Notes: a model not told the origin generated them from the sequence alone. Shown: positions 14,006 to 34,081, numbered from the stretch's first letter. The stretch is 64,000 nucleotides of DNA from Dimorphilus gyrociliatus (GCA_904063045.1 CAJFCJ010000018.1:558001-622000), one strand, 5' to 3'. Numbers and translations: made by a program.

Positions 14006-17000
14006 AACATTGTTAGAGACTCTTCCATTGTCATTTATATAAATAAAGAGAATACTCTATGTGTAAAAGTTTTACTAACATATTAACGAAAACTTATTGC
14101 TGTGTGAAGATATAAATTGAAATATAATTAACGAATCTTATTGTGAACTTTGGTTTTTTAGTCAGAAATTTCAGTAAAATAAAAGGCATGTCTTAAGTGT
14201 TATATATCTAGTATGCTGTTAAAAATTTTACATGGTAAACTACAATTTCTATACTAGTTTTCAAATTAAGATAATACAGAGCATGTGGGTTTAATCAAAA
14301 ACGAGCTGTTGAAATTTTTCCAATATAAAAATTAAAAAATTTTATTTTAGGGCTAAAAAAGTGAATTTGATATCATATGAAGATAGGAAACAAACTTTCT
14401 TGGATTGTACAGGATTGATTGTATCTAATCAAAACGAACTAAGGGCCTGACAAAGGCATCTTAAGTTTGTGAGATAAACTGCTAATCGGTTTCCTCAAAT
14501 TCAGGGGCAGAGATTAAAGCTTAGTTGTACAGGGTTGTCTGGTAACCTACTTTTTGCATCACGTGATTGATTATCATAGCGTCGGCATTCACTTAACTAA
14601 TCTTATATACAAAAGCTGCAGGGCCTTCTCAAGATAACTCGTCATATTTTATGTCAAATGTCTGTCACAGGATTTGAATTTTATGCTGGTTCCCTTATAG
14701 CAATGTCAAAAGCCACAGGTGAATCATAACTTATCCCTCAGACCTGCTAGTGAGACTTCTAAGCAATTCTTCAATAGGCCCTTTTTGCTTTCGGTATTAA
14801 TATTCATCGCGCATTCAAACTAACTAAACTTAAAGCTTTCAGTCCGAACGTATTATTAAAGAGATAGGTGTTATCAATTGCTTTATTAATTCAGCTATTA
14901 TAATGCTAATAAATGTTATTTGGAGCTTAGAAATGGACATTTTTAAATACAAAATGTCAGTTTCTACCCTCCTACCCTCGACATTTTTTTCCTTAAAAAA
15001 AGATTAGAATTATGTAGTTAAAAGTTATCAATATATAATTTTCGAGATTATATATTTAAATAATCTCTTCTTTCTTTATGTTAATGATTCATATTCCTGA
15101 GCTAACATTAACTAGTACTAAAAATATTATGTAGTAAGAGATAAAATTCCATTCTACAACCCAACACCCTGAGGAGCCTTTCGGGATTTGCATAACAAAA
15201 GAATATAAAATCACGTGATATCTTTTGGAAGTAGTGATTGGTGGTTATATTTACTTTTTAAACCGTAATTTTTTGTACCTTTCATCTTTTAGGGCATTTT
15301 CACTCTTAAACAGTTTTACTTGAAGACGTGAGCTGTAAATATTAGTAGCTCAGCCAGGTACGTAATAAAAATAAAACATTTCAAATTTAATAAATTTTAT
15401 GGCATAAGTATTATCCTAATGAAAATATATATTTGGAATGGTATTAATAAATGACAAAGAGGTTCCCTATAAAAGAAAATTTGAATGATATTCCCTACGG
15501 CTCAGAAATTATTGTTTTTAAATCGAGCTTTCGGAAATTATTATTGATTGCTGGAGGTGCTTGAATCTACATAAAAATCGCATATGTTAGAGTTCCTACC
15601 AAGTCTGTATAATTTATAGTTTAGTAAATGTTTTTATTCTAAATAATGCCCATTGGATAAAAAATTTGAAATGATCAAAATAGGTAAAGGCCTGCTAATC
15701 AACTGTTCTTTAGCGAATAGCACTAAATTTATAATTGTAAAGTAAAAAATATTGACAATTTGTATCTATCTATAAATTGGCAAAGTTAAAGTTATTTGTA
15801 TGACTGTGAGCTTATTTATTTGATAGCTATTTCACATTAGAATGAATGAAATATAGTAATAAAAACTGTAAATTTCTCTCCAAGGCCTCAAAATAATTAT
15901 ATACTTTTCTATGTTCAGTAATTTAAAGTTAACTAAAACAAGCAACAACAAGCAATAAAGATTTCTTGTGTCTAGCTATAACATTTGTTTCTTCCTCCCA
16001 TTTAAGACTTTTTGCATGGCATTTTCACTAAAATTTGTCATTAGTTTTGTCAGCCAACAACAATTACAGCTCTCTTACAAAAAGAAATAGAAAATATTGA
16101 GGGAATTGCGCTTAATTTAGGGAAATTTTCTTACAGTATTAAAGCGATCATTGCATACTAATAAATGTGAATTTGATCCAGAATGAAATGAACAACTTAT
16201 GTCATTTTACTAACAAAAGATAGATACTTGAACCTATAAGAGTAGGAATCTAATAATACTTAATGATAAACCTAAATTCTTTCCTCATAGAAAATTCTTC
16301 CAGCATTTTCCAAAATAAATAGGTCAACATGGCGTCAGCAGACTTCTTCCAAGGCAATTGGGTTGCAAGCAGCTTATATACCTGATACCCAAGCTATTTT
16401 AAATAGAGCATCGTAAATAAATAATGAAAAGCCATTTAAGTTATATCATCAGCAGGCTTAACAACTATAAGCTATATATAATATTAAAAATATGCATTCC
16501 ATACATCGAACGTCTATTTCATCTTCTATTTCCCTCTTTAGACCAGTTAAGGAAAAGAAAAAAGTCAATTTGCATTACTATTTGGGTCAACGCGCAGATT
16601 TTTAACTGCTCTTAGAAAAGAGCAATTTGTTATTCCCTCGCCCACGATGCTAGACAGATACAGGATTCTGATAATAAAATCAAAAGTGGGGAATTCGTGA
16701 ATAACAACCGTTTCCTAGGAACTATTTCCAGTACAGGATTTATAAATTACGTTGAGGTCTTTTAACAATAGAAAAGACTTTTATTAAATTATAAAAAGCT
16801 AATGAATATTAGATATTTAAAAAATTAATTAGATAATTATTACATATAATAATTAGGCCTATTATTGAATTACTTTTGTATTCGGTATCTTGATTCTAGT
16901 CAGTTAAGAACTATTAATTATATTTTCAATACTTTGGCTTTAATATGAAAAATTTTCTCATCGGCAACGTTAGAGAGCTTGTACAGTAACTAGGTCATGT

Positions 17001-17877
17001 AAATTTTTATAGTGTACTTCAGTTAGATAACTAAAATTCGAGTGTCTGTTTTTTAATACAGACATATTTAATTGTTAATTTTTTTAATTCAACACCTTTA
17101 AAAATATTTTAAAGTATTCTTTGCTACATTTACTCAACAAAGATATAATACTTCTAACCCTTAAGGATAGAAATAAGCAGGAACTATTTTGTCCAAAAAA
17201 AATTCGACCTACTTTTTTGCCCATTTATAATTCCTTGTCTTCGCCTTTTCAATACGTATTTCCGTTAAAATATTCATTATGCTCTGCGTTCTGTTTTTTG
17301 CTTTTTGGTATATGTACATAAATTAATGCAAGTTTAGATTTTTGTACTGAAATTGGTTTAAAAAAGTAACTATTCTGGAATTTTGTTGTGCACCATATGT
17401 AAAACAAAGATTCGCCATCTGACTCATTATTCGATAGTTTTTCAGCGTAAAAATTGTTGTATAAACCGATAAATATCTACAATGACTTTACATTAATCAA
17501 ATATTTATTTTTGTAATGAATCCGTTGAATTTTCACCTAAAAACTAAGAAATTCTTCGTTTGCAGCTGTAATATTATTTATCATAAGTATTGCCAAAACG
17601 AACGTGTTGACAGAATTATTGATTGATAAAAACTAAGACAAACTGCAAGTGCAGTTCTGATCGGCATCACATTGTTTTCAACGTTTTCCCAGAACACATC
17701 TTGTTTATAAAACTTGGAGTTTAACTTTTAGAAATTTTTATCTGCGAATCTAAAAAATATTTAGCTTTTGTGCATAAAAAATTAATATCTATAGTTAGGA
17801 GAAACTGTGCAAAAGTAACCGTCAATTATTGACTAAATTTGGACTGTGTACAATTGATGAAAGAATATTTTAACAGG

Positions 17878-21244
<3,367 letters not shown>

Positions 21245-21662
21245 AATGTTGCAGTTGATATTGTATTCTCTTTCACTAAGTTTTTTTTCTATGAGGGTTT
21301 GTGTCTTATTACTGTCTTGTATTTGATTAGATTTTGTTTAGTTTCACCTCAAACCTTAAAAGTTAAGATATGTATCTAAACTATTTTTTAATACTAAAAA
21401 GTTCTTGTTTATACTTTTAAAAAAGCCAGGTGAATACTTCTATTGAAGAATTGTAGCGTATGCGATCTGGCTAAAAGTGAAGTACAGATGTAGTCTGAAT
21501 TATGTTCTAAGGTTCGTTATAAATAAAAATAACAAGTGATAAATATATGTAGCGGCTGTCTAAAGCGCAACTCTGTCTAAATGAGACTGCAGCTTAAGAT
21601 TAAGATCTTGAATATATTATTAAAATTGATCAGAGCATGAAAGTCGAATATGTACGGCATTC

Positions 21663-21745
21663 ACAACTGACTATGTACCCTGTAGAACCGAACTTGTGAA
21701 ATAAATTTAACCACAAGTTAGATTTTCAGGGTTCATAGACAGTTG
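21663..21745 (+). ncRNA. mir-10: mir-10 paralog pre-miRNA immediately 3' of Antp
   Basis: The 5' arm UACCCUGUAGAACCGAACUUGUG (21676-21698) is nearly identical to miR-10. The 3' arm CACAAGUUAGAUUUUCAGGGUUC is complementary, and basal stems CTATG/CATAG and CAACTG/CAGTTG extend the hairpin. Confidence 0.9.
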
Positions 21746-22764
21746 TATAATTCTATCCTTCTCAAAATCAAATACTGTAATGTATGATGACAGTTTCGGA
21801 GAAAATAGACGCTATCTTTCTTAAAGTGGACATTATTTTGGAGATATTATGACATAACAATAATAGTACCTTGCTTTCTGTATTAGAAAAGTTTTAGCGA
21901 GTATATTTGGGAATAAGTTCCTCTTTAATTTAGGCTAAAATAAATGTAAAAAAATGTATTTATGTGGAAAGAATCAAAACGATGCTTAGCCTTTAATTAT
22001 ATGAAAATTATACTTTATTTTGTAAGTCTTTGAGGGTAGTGTGTTCAAAAGTGCAGAAAAAGCTAAATTCTAATTAGAAAATAGATAACACCCAAACTCC
22101 AACTCCATTTTGAAACGTCACGCATATATTATGAACAAAATCACATGATACAGCATCTTACCACAATGGTATGTTGATTTTTGGCTCCCTCTGTGCATAT
22201 AAGCTTCTCGAATTTTGTAGTCTTGATCATGTAAATGGGTCAATTTGCCAAGTTTTATCATTTAAATTAGTATCTGTGCTTTAGTGTATCCACAGTTATC
22301 ATGGACATCTTACAGTCTGTTTATCAAAATAATATCTGGGTCAAAAGAGTAGCTAAAGCAAATTCCTGTATAAACGGACAGCCTGAAGAAAAATATTTTT
22401 CAAATATAAAGTCTTTTTAATTGCTTGTATAAAGTAATTTTAGCTCATTTGAAATGGTCAAGCATAGCAGGATATGTTAATGTTGGCTAGTAACGATCTA
22501 AATTACAAAAGTCCTTACTATATGCACATCTTTTTAGATCAAATAAATGAATAATTACGATTAAATTTAACTAGAAACCAAGAGAAGACAGAGAAAATAA
22601 ACGAGTTCGTGATTCATTGCTGCTTCCAAAATTTGGGTCAACGGTAAATGTGCCGAATGTTTGGAGGTCAAGCTATGAATCCAAAGAAGCAATTATGCTC
22701 TTGAGGAATGACTCTATCTATTGAAGTTAATTATTTATAGACTGTCTTTTATTAAGATAAACGT

Positions 22765-24027
22765 TGACCTACATTACGTTCGAATGTAATGGTGAAGGAG
22801 CGCATTTTATCCTTAGGAAAAATAAACAGAGCGGGCAAATCAAATTTAGGTTAGTTAGGTCACGTATATCCTAAAAATTACTGTGTAAAGCACATTTTCT
22901 GATTTGTCAAACCATGATTTAATATTTTAATTCGTAATTTATAAATATACACTGCACGTGATAGGAGTTCTGATTTCCTAATGCTCCTGGTATACAAGTT
23001 TGCGCAGGGCTTGACCTACTTTTCTACTCAGTAAAATTACGATTTAAAAAATAAGCAGACCACGAGAGATATTTAATAGGAAGAATTAGAGATAAATAAA
23101 TGACAAGACAAGTAATTTTTAAGGACATGGTAAATTTCAATAAAAGAATTTCTAGAGCATCATGTAAATTTTTAGAGAAATATTCATTTCTTTGTGCATA
23201 TATGAAAACGTTTCAATCATAAAAGTTCTTTCAGTTACCTTTTAGAATTAGCTTAAAATAACCAAACACTCCCAAGGTAATTCTCAATTTTCCCTATTGA
23301 CTTCCGTTTTTTTTCGATCAATTGTAATTAGAAATTATTTAGTCTACAATAAGCTAAGTATTTTTAAGCCATTTCCATTCGCTGACAAACGAAATTTGTA
23401 AAAACAAAGGTGTCATCTTATTCCCTAATACTTGCAGCGATTCATAGCTTTTTATTAATGGTAAACAGTCCGAATTCTTTACAGAAAGTACGAAAATTAT
23501 GAGTTGCAAGGCTCTAGAAACAAATAATATCTTTTTAGCGATAATGTGATTTTATAGGTTTAGTTAGCTTCATTAAGAGAACTACATTATTAGTTGAGAG
23601 CCTAATTAAACATCCTCATTTTATCTAACTATACTTTGATTACAACTTATTAGACTTGTATTCAGCATACAAAAATTTTTTTAAATATATATATACACAG
23701 TATATATATATATATATATATATCACCAAACAAGTCGCATTTTTTCATTGACCTAATTACCTTCATAACTATTTCACGAACAAAGGATTAGAGAGAGAAT
23801 GCTAAATAAGTTAATATCTAAATATTTTAAAGGTGGATCACAGGAATATTATAATAATGATATTGAAATAAAAATATTTTACCCTTAATTCGAGTGGATA
23901 TTTGAACAAATTAGCTGCAAATTGTTAATTCTCTTCGCTTGAGAAGGATTTTTATGTTGAATCATAGTTATATCCGTAAAATGAAATGGAACACAAAGAA
24001 AACATGGCGTCGTTTGAAAGTAGGTCA
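22765..24027. promoter_or_regulatory. Cluster of ROR/Rev-erb-type nuclear-receptor half-sites (putative enhancer)
   Basis: Five TAGGTCA sites (22765-, 22856+, 23012-, 23749-, 24021+), most with A/T-rich 5' extensions. Includes a DR3 (AGGTTA gtt AGGTCA, 22848-22862). Confidence 0.45.
23701..23722. repeat. (TA)n microsatellite
   Basis: About 11 TA units. Confidence 0.8.
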
Positions 24028-27000
24028 ATAGCAACGCTCAGGTTTTATGACCTTCTTAAACTGTGAAATTCGTCTCTAAGGCTGTAAGATGTCGTGTGCA
24101 TGTTTTTGAAAGAGAGAGTATTTTAACTAATTAATTATAGTGATTCAGTATGCCAGAGGATGTAACAATTGTCTTTTTCCCGGCAAACGAAGACGGCAGT
24201 TTGTATATTGTATAATAACCAAGTAGTAGATACTTATTTTTTTCGGCAAGAAAAAAATGAATAAAAGTATTGAATTCTAATCAATAGCACAAACACGATG
24301 CAAATTTAAATTTATTTTAGCAGTTACTAATGAAAGATTATCATGGTTCAGAAATTCTCTTAAAGAAAAAGCAATTGGAGATGATTACCAGCAGTTCGTT
24401 GGGGGTCTGCTAGAAGTTAGTGCATGTTTTCTTTGACATCAAAATGAAAAAAAGCGAACGAAACCTTTCGAGGTCACGTTTTACGTTGGTTAAGCTCAAG
24501 GAATACCAGAAATTACTATAAATTTACAATAAATTACATAAATATAATATATATTATAAATAACCTATCGAGATACTTATGAATTTATTTTCATTTGTCT
24601 TCCAAAATAAAATTTAACAAAATATATCGCTCATAAATTGACTAAGAAATAATAGAACAGCAACGGGAGAAAGTACATTTGTGTCGTTTTTTTGGCCAAA
24701 AGCTTCTCGAGTAAAATTCTATAAACGTAAATTATTGCTATTACGTGTGTTTGTTCTAGCGAATGAAGAAATTCTTAGTAAATTGATATAGATCATGGCT
24801 ATTCTTGAAGTAGCAAGTTTGACCAGAAGTCGAAATTCTAGCTTGTCTGAAAAATAATTTGTATTTACAATCATCACCTTGCCCCAAATAGTTTAACATC
24901 TTTTATGTTTGAATGTTGAAAGATTGTTTGCTAAAATTGACGACTGCTTAATCATTCGATATTTTCGTTTAAGACCCATGCCTATGAAACTAGTAAAATT
25001 TATCTCAATAATACTTTGGACAAATGGTACCAAAAGAACGCTTAAGCCGTCTCTATGGAGAAAGCTTATGCAAATTTCCCGCAAAGAAATTGAGCTACAA
25101 TGCGTGAAATCCACGAAAGATAATCTATAACAGGCAATTTTCATTTTATTTGTTTCAAATACGAAAATGAGCAACATTACAACGTAAAAAAACTGATTGT
25201 TGTTTTATTTATTTAAGCTAAAATCGGGATGCTGTTCGAAATTTATGTTTCTTTATGTTTTTTAAATGAAATTTCTACTTTTGATGGGAGATTTCTTTTT
25301 TTTTTAATTCGATTACTTGACTTTTAATGTCAGTTTAAAATAATTAGTAATTTTTACTATTTGACATTAATGTGAATTATTATGTTAAAAGTTGATTCTT
25401 TAACAAACGAAAACAATCTATTTTCAATGAATTGTCATACCACAGTTAATTGATTAATGCCTAATACACACGCCTTACTAACAAAAATATCACATAAAAC
25501 TGTAAAAAACTACCACATTGTTCTTCAATCAGTCGATATTATAATAAAGAAAATCGTCCTAATAGTGTTAATTGAAAAGCAATACTAACACTTTCGATTT
25601 TAAATTGCAAAGTACAACTGAATATCTGTATTTAGAAAAAAGATGAAAAAGCTCATTCCAATTTTGACTGCTTAAGATTGTTTTCATAAATTTTGCTATG
25701 CTTATCGAGTGGACGAAGCGGTGCGAAAGTGTTAAAATTGGGGAAGAGAGAGCTAACGTACACTCTTTTCGTATATGGATTAGTTCATTTTACTGCGCTC
25801 AAAGTTTTAGATATGCGCACTAGTTGACCTTGGAAAAAGCTTACAGTCGAAAGCGGAACGATCCGATTTTAAAGTGTCCCATGGAAATTTGTACTATAGA
25901 AGTAAAATATTAAACTATTCTACTAAATAGCTTGAACGTCGAAATTTAACTTGCTTTAAGAAGAAACCAATAAACTCTCGCGCACATTTTAAAATAACGC
26001 CTACTTTTCAGTTTGCTAAAAATGTATTTCAATTAAATTATTAAGCAAAAATCAAAAAACACCAATATTTCTATCACAAAACGCTCATATGAATTACCCT
26101 TTTGTGGTACGAAAGAAAGCGGGATAGATTAAATGGAAAGGAACGTAGAGAATAAAGAAGGCCTATAGTATCCAATCCAATATAACTTTACAACATTATA
26201 AAATCGGCCGCAAAATGTCTTGGCATGCCATTTTGAAATACTAATTTCTTTATAAATGCGATCTTTTCGTAGATAACTCCGGACCAAACAACTAAGGAAG
26301 AAAGAGTATTTTTTGCCCTGATTTTTCACTTTTTCAACAGGTGGAAGTTATAGAAATTAAGAGCATTTCAACTTTTGATCTCGTCCGCTGTATACAAGAA
26401 AAGACGATAACCTAAATAGTCGGCAGAAAAAGGATACATTCATAGTTAAAAGCTTGTTGGTACTTATTCATTTGTCGATTCACAACCCGCATGAAATAAT
26501 CCATTTGGGCTTTTAATAAGATAAAAAAATATATGGTTCAATAAGGGCACAGTTTCAATACCGCTTGATTTCATAGACAGCGATTGCGCCCAGCATTATG
26601 ATTTAAAAATTTTCTATTTATTTCAAATTTCCTTTATTGATGCAAAACATCACAAATCATCTAAAAAATGTTTCATAACCTTGAACCACAATTATCCTCA
26701 TTAACGAGTTGTACTTAATAAATTACAGAATGTTTTCAGCACATTATTTTTCTATCAATAACTCTATAATCAAAAGCTAAACTTCGTATAGAAATATAAA
26801 ACATATTTCATAGCGCTGTCGTTAAATAATTATCGGTAAAAAGACCAATTCAGGCCACTGATATGCATGAATGTTTATTAATTGAATACAAATTCAACAT
26901 TAATACATGGACACATGAAACGGTAAGTCAGTTCAATATCTACAATATATAATTTCTCTTGGCAATCAATATACGCTCGGCTATATGTCCGTGGCTTAAA

Positions 27001-28030
27001 TCATAAAATTGATATTTCGAATCGCTTGTAATAAAATTATAACTCGACCTTTGCAGGAAATGATTGAAGGTGTTACGAATGAGATATTTCCAACAAGTGT
27101 TTAAGTAATAATACTATTAGTAAAATTCTGACCGAAAATATACTTTATTTGTTTCTAATGACAAAACAACAGTTATATCTTGTTTTATGACAAATACGCA
27201 CCACACAACCTTCTCGGAACTTCCGGTAATATGTTATATTAAAGAGTTACGGAGTAGAGGAAGCGACTCGATACAAAAATAGTCACATTTTAAAAGGTAA
27301 AGTTAAAGCTTTCTAAAGATGAAGCTGGTTTAGAAAATATGCATAAAACGCTGTAGGATAAAAGTTATTTTAGGGTATAAAAAAATAAATAGAGGCAGTC
27401 GACCGAATGCATACGTGTTGAATATAGAGAAAAATCAATGACACTATTTCTCCTTGGGTATATGTGATTGTCTTTGTTGAATAAAATTTACTTCACTTTC
27501 TTTTAATCCAGTGAGATTCGTAGTTGAAACTGTTCACCTTATTCAACAAAATGTCTGAAGTGTACTGTGTATCCATACAAAGAACAAAAAGCCTCCGCTA
27601 TAAACTCACACAAACTAGTCGTATAAATTTTCAAAATGGTTTATTTTTATCGTTATATTATAACGCCAAAGAATATCGCTTTGTTTGGTTACACGTGTGT
27701 GTCCAACCAACGATCGTAAAAGAAAGTCAGCGTCTATTAAATTCGTCTATTTACTAATAATAGTGATATTATAGAAGTTAGTATTGAAGAAGTCATTAAG
27801 TATCTGAAAACTAACAACTGCTATTGAAATTTGCTTTGATTGATGAAAACGTATTCAGTCATATGTATTATAAATGTAAATGGATTGATTCGAAAATGTT
27901 GGTCTATGTTAAATGGTGATTTCATGGGCCAATATTGATATATCAAAAAAATACAAAGTAAAACCCGCATAGAGAAAAAAGCTAAAAATCAAGTGAATCA
28001 AGCAAGCGACGGAAAGGTAATGACAGAATT

Positions 28031-28158
28031 GCCAGAAGATGGCGCCTGCACTATACAGCGGACAGCGGTCAGGATTAATTAGGATCGTAGTAGTCACGTG
28101 ACAACCCGCTTCTCGCTGATAGGCTGGTTAGCTTATTGACCCTGGGTCATTGCATAAT
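28031..28158 (+). promoter_or_regulatory. Lox5 proximal promoter
   Basis: A locally GC-rich stretch 65-190 bp before the ATG. It contains a CTCF/YY1-like CCAGAAGATGGCGC (28032), a palindromic E-box GTCACGTGAC (28093-28102) and an everted half-site pair TGACCC-T-GGGTCA (28137-28149). Confidence 0.5.
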
Positions 28159-28222
28159 GAGCTAATGGCGGCTGTTGAGATACTTCTAGGCTACGAGCTC
28201 GCAAATCATTCTCTGCTCGGAC

Positions 28223-30801
<2,579 letters not shown>

Positions 30802-31306
30802 GTATTCATCATAGCAAAACATAAACTGTTAAGCTTCTCTCTGAAGCGATTAGATATGTAAAATTGTATTGTTGCTGAATTTTGCTTTGGTATTGTGAGA
30901 AAAGTATTGAAACGAAAGGGTAAACTTAAAATCAAAGCAAACGGTTGCGACATTTAACTGTTATTGCCTTTCCCTCTCTTAATAACACACATGACAATTC
31001 TTCCGAATTCTCAGGGAAACAGAATAAATTCCTTATATTAAAATATATTATATCAGTAATATATATGCATAATTACAGTATATATATATATATATATATA
31101 TTCACTGTAAGTATGAATATACTAAGTTTATAATAAGACAATATATGGATCATATATAATTCTATCTTTCTCATAAAAACGTCGTTGGCCGTAGAATTTG
31201 AGCGTTAAACTTCCTTATTGTTCATTCTAGTCGGCGCTTGAGAATATTATGTACAAAATGCTTATTAATCGTTATCATCATTTTTTCAGACACTCATAGA
31301 AATACA

Positions 31307-31309
<3 letters not shown>

Positions 31310-31350
<41 letters not shown>
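31310..31350. repeat. (AT)n microsatellite, longest in the window
   Basis: About 20 AT units 3' of Lox5. A second run of about 11 units lies near 31079-31100. Confidence 0.85.
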
Positions 31351-31354
<4 letters not shown>

Positions 31355-34057
31355 CCCCTTAACTTAAATAAATACTTAGTAAACGTATAAAGAAGATTAT
31401 GTATAAAGTATCTGAAAGCGTTTTCTTAGCGAAATAACTACCTCATTTGCTTTTGGAAGCTGTAGCAGTTATTGCTGTATCTAAGAGAATTTGGTCGTAC
31501 ACTAATAAATCAAGAATTTTATTATTTTTTGTTACATTGCTGTTTAGCTATTTTTGACAGACTTGTACAAAATATAAACACAACAAAAACCCATAGCTTT
31601 TGATGTAAGTACAATACCCGAACCTATACAGTCAGGGTTTTTGTTGCTCATATGTATATACGGCATGGATAATGTAAAAATAAAAATAATAATACATGTA
31701 TATATGTTCAAATATCATACATTTCTGTACATAACTATAACTACAATTAATTTTTATTTTGTATATTGTAGCATGTGTGATGCTTTGCATGTTGAGTTTG
31801 TATTCAGAATCATTATTGAAATACATGCATATTTTCCATTAATTTTTTAAAAGCCAAATTACTGTAGAGAAAACAATATTATCCAAAAAAAAGTTTTTAC
31901 TTCTTTCAAATGGCCATTCAAGTATTTTCTTTGCAATGATCCTCTTCACTTTTCCCTATCAAAAGGGAAAAGAATGTTTTTGTATCATCTTATTTAAATA
32001 TTGCGCCAAAATTTATCATTAGCATGGTTTCCAGTTCAATCCCATTGGAGAAAGCGTCAGTGAAACATAGTACAGCACAAGGCATCTGCCAGTTGGTTCC
32101 ATTCTGAAACAAAAATATACATTCACTCATTAAGCAAATACCATTCTTGAAAGTAAAATGTTTATTTTATGCTTCGTAACCTTCGTAAAAGTCAGTGTGT
32201 CTAATATATAAATATAGCTACGAAAATTACTAGAAATCATTTAGGATGCTAATTTGAAAAAGCCCAGGGTTTTGCGCAAAAATAACTGATATGCGGCAAC
32301 CTATCACAATAACATACGTTATTGTTATTTAAAAGAAAAAAACGTGTTTAATGCTGTATAAATGAATATCTTGGATTTACGTTTTATGAGCCTCTCTTTG
32401 TCGTACCCGGTTGTATAGTTACAACTTGGTGCACAACTTTGATAAAGGGTATTCAATGTATTTCGATCATACAAGTTTGGTGACTATAAACTACGAAAAC
32501 GTATTATGGACGAGTTATATTCTACGTTACTGCTAAGAATTTTAAGGACGCTTGTAGACCAAAATTATATAAAATACAAGACAACTCTGATAGGCCAAAA
32601 ATCAATAGGTAATTTATCTATGAGATTTTGGATGTGGCTATTTGATCACTAAAAATAATCAGCCTCATATAATGAAGTTTGATGAAAATTGCTATCAAAT
32701 TATTTAGCGATCTAATTAAAATGTCTTTCCCATAACCGGCCAATTTAAAAAGCGTTGTAAATAACTTTGAACTAAGGGATTAACTAATAGCAAATATTGT
32801 GAACTAAAATTAATGGGAAAATTTTGTGTTAGCCCTGATACAGTGAAATTAAATCTAACAGTATTTACTTAATAATGTCACGTAGCAAGTATAAAATGGA
32901 ATGGAAAGTGCGTTAAGTACGGTTTTGTGAGTATTTTTTTGGTTTATATAATTGAGACGATATGCATTTAGGCTCTCTGAACATACTTCAAAGTCAAAGA
33001 AGTGTTTCATTAATCTCTTTCAAGTCTACAATATATGCAAAACAGCCGGGCCACCAGGGTGGCTTATTAAGTAGGCTGCCACGCATGCGCAAAGCATATT
33101 ATTGGCCTATCACGCTCTACGATCGGCGCGCAAAATAAAACAACAAAAGACTTTCTACTTGTACATTTTCATCGTAAGACATTATACACTAAACAGCATA
33201 GATATAGAAGTATCTACATTTTTTTATGATATCGGTGTTATTATAAAAGTACATATTAAAAAATGAGAAAGTTCTTAGTGAGTTCCTTAGCTGCTTAGAT
33301 AAATTTTTAAAAAATTAAAAGTTAGGGGATTCTTTTTATCAAAAATGTGGCAGTTTTTTTATAAACATCTAAATAAAGGCGTCACATCTCCTGCAGAGTA
33401 AGACGTCTATTTGATGACAAGCAATCATTTTGAGAGGAGGATAGAAAATTTAACAATTTATGTTTGACCTGAATTTGTCCCACTCAACCTCCGACCCTTT
33501 CATAATAAACGTTCCCAAATGTCACAAACTAAAAAGAAAGATTTAGTGTCTTCAAACCAATAATTTAAGCTCATCAGCATTGAAAATCCTTCTAAGTGTT
33601 ATTACAAAGCCCCTTCGTTAGGTTAGGCCTCAGAGATGAATAATTTAGCCGTTGTACATGTATTCATTTTTTATGAGAAATGAAAACAAGTTTGGGGTGA
33701 ATAATGAGCCGAAATAGAATTTGTATGCGGTCTTTTTCTATCTACGAAAAGGAATTATTCATAGGTAATACAATTAACAGTTATATATTAGTTAATTGTC
33801 TTCCATGTTATCTCTTACGAATACTCTTTCTTAATTCTTTATTCGTACACTTTTCTTTAAAGGGCCTAGAACTAAGCTTATATATGGGTCTTTTGTTATC
33901 AATTTTCGAAGCACGTTTCTTAATTACGGTTATTACATGAGAAAATTCTCTCCTGAATTATTCTAATTGTGATTTATATACCATTTTTGAAAGAAACTGT
34001 TGGCAAATTCTTCTCACAACAATGTAACTCAGTAACAACCGCCATTTCTTTCTGCCT

Positions 34058-34081
34058 ATTGGTGAGAAAGTGTCACGTGAC
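34058..34081 (+). promoter_or_regulatory. Scr promoter CCAAT/E-box module (NF-Y/USF type)
   Basis: ATTGG (34058-34062), then 11 nt, then CACGTG (34074-34079) within GTCACGTGAC, about 140 bp before the ATG. A YY1-like CCGCCATTT lies at 34039. Confidence 0.6.

Noticed and set aside
27210-27263. Imperfect hairpin upstream of Lox5
   Set aside because: Several bulges, no known miRNA seed recognised, and the GC content is explained by an ETS-type ACTTCCGG motif.
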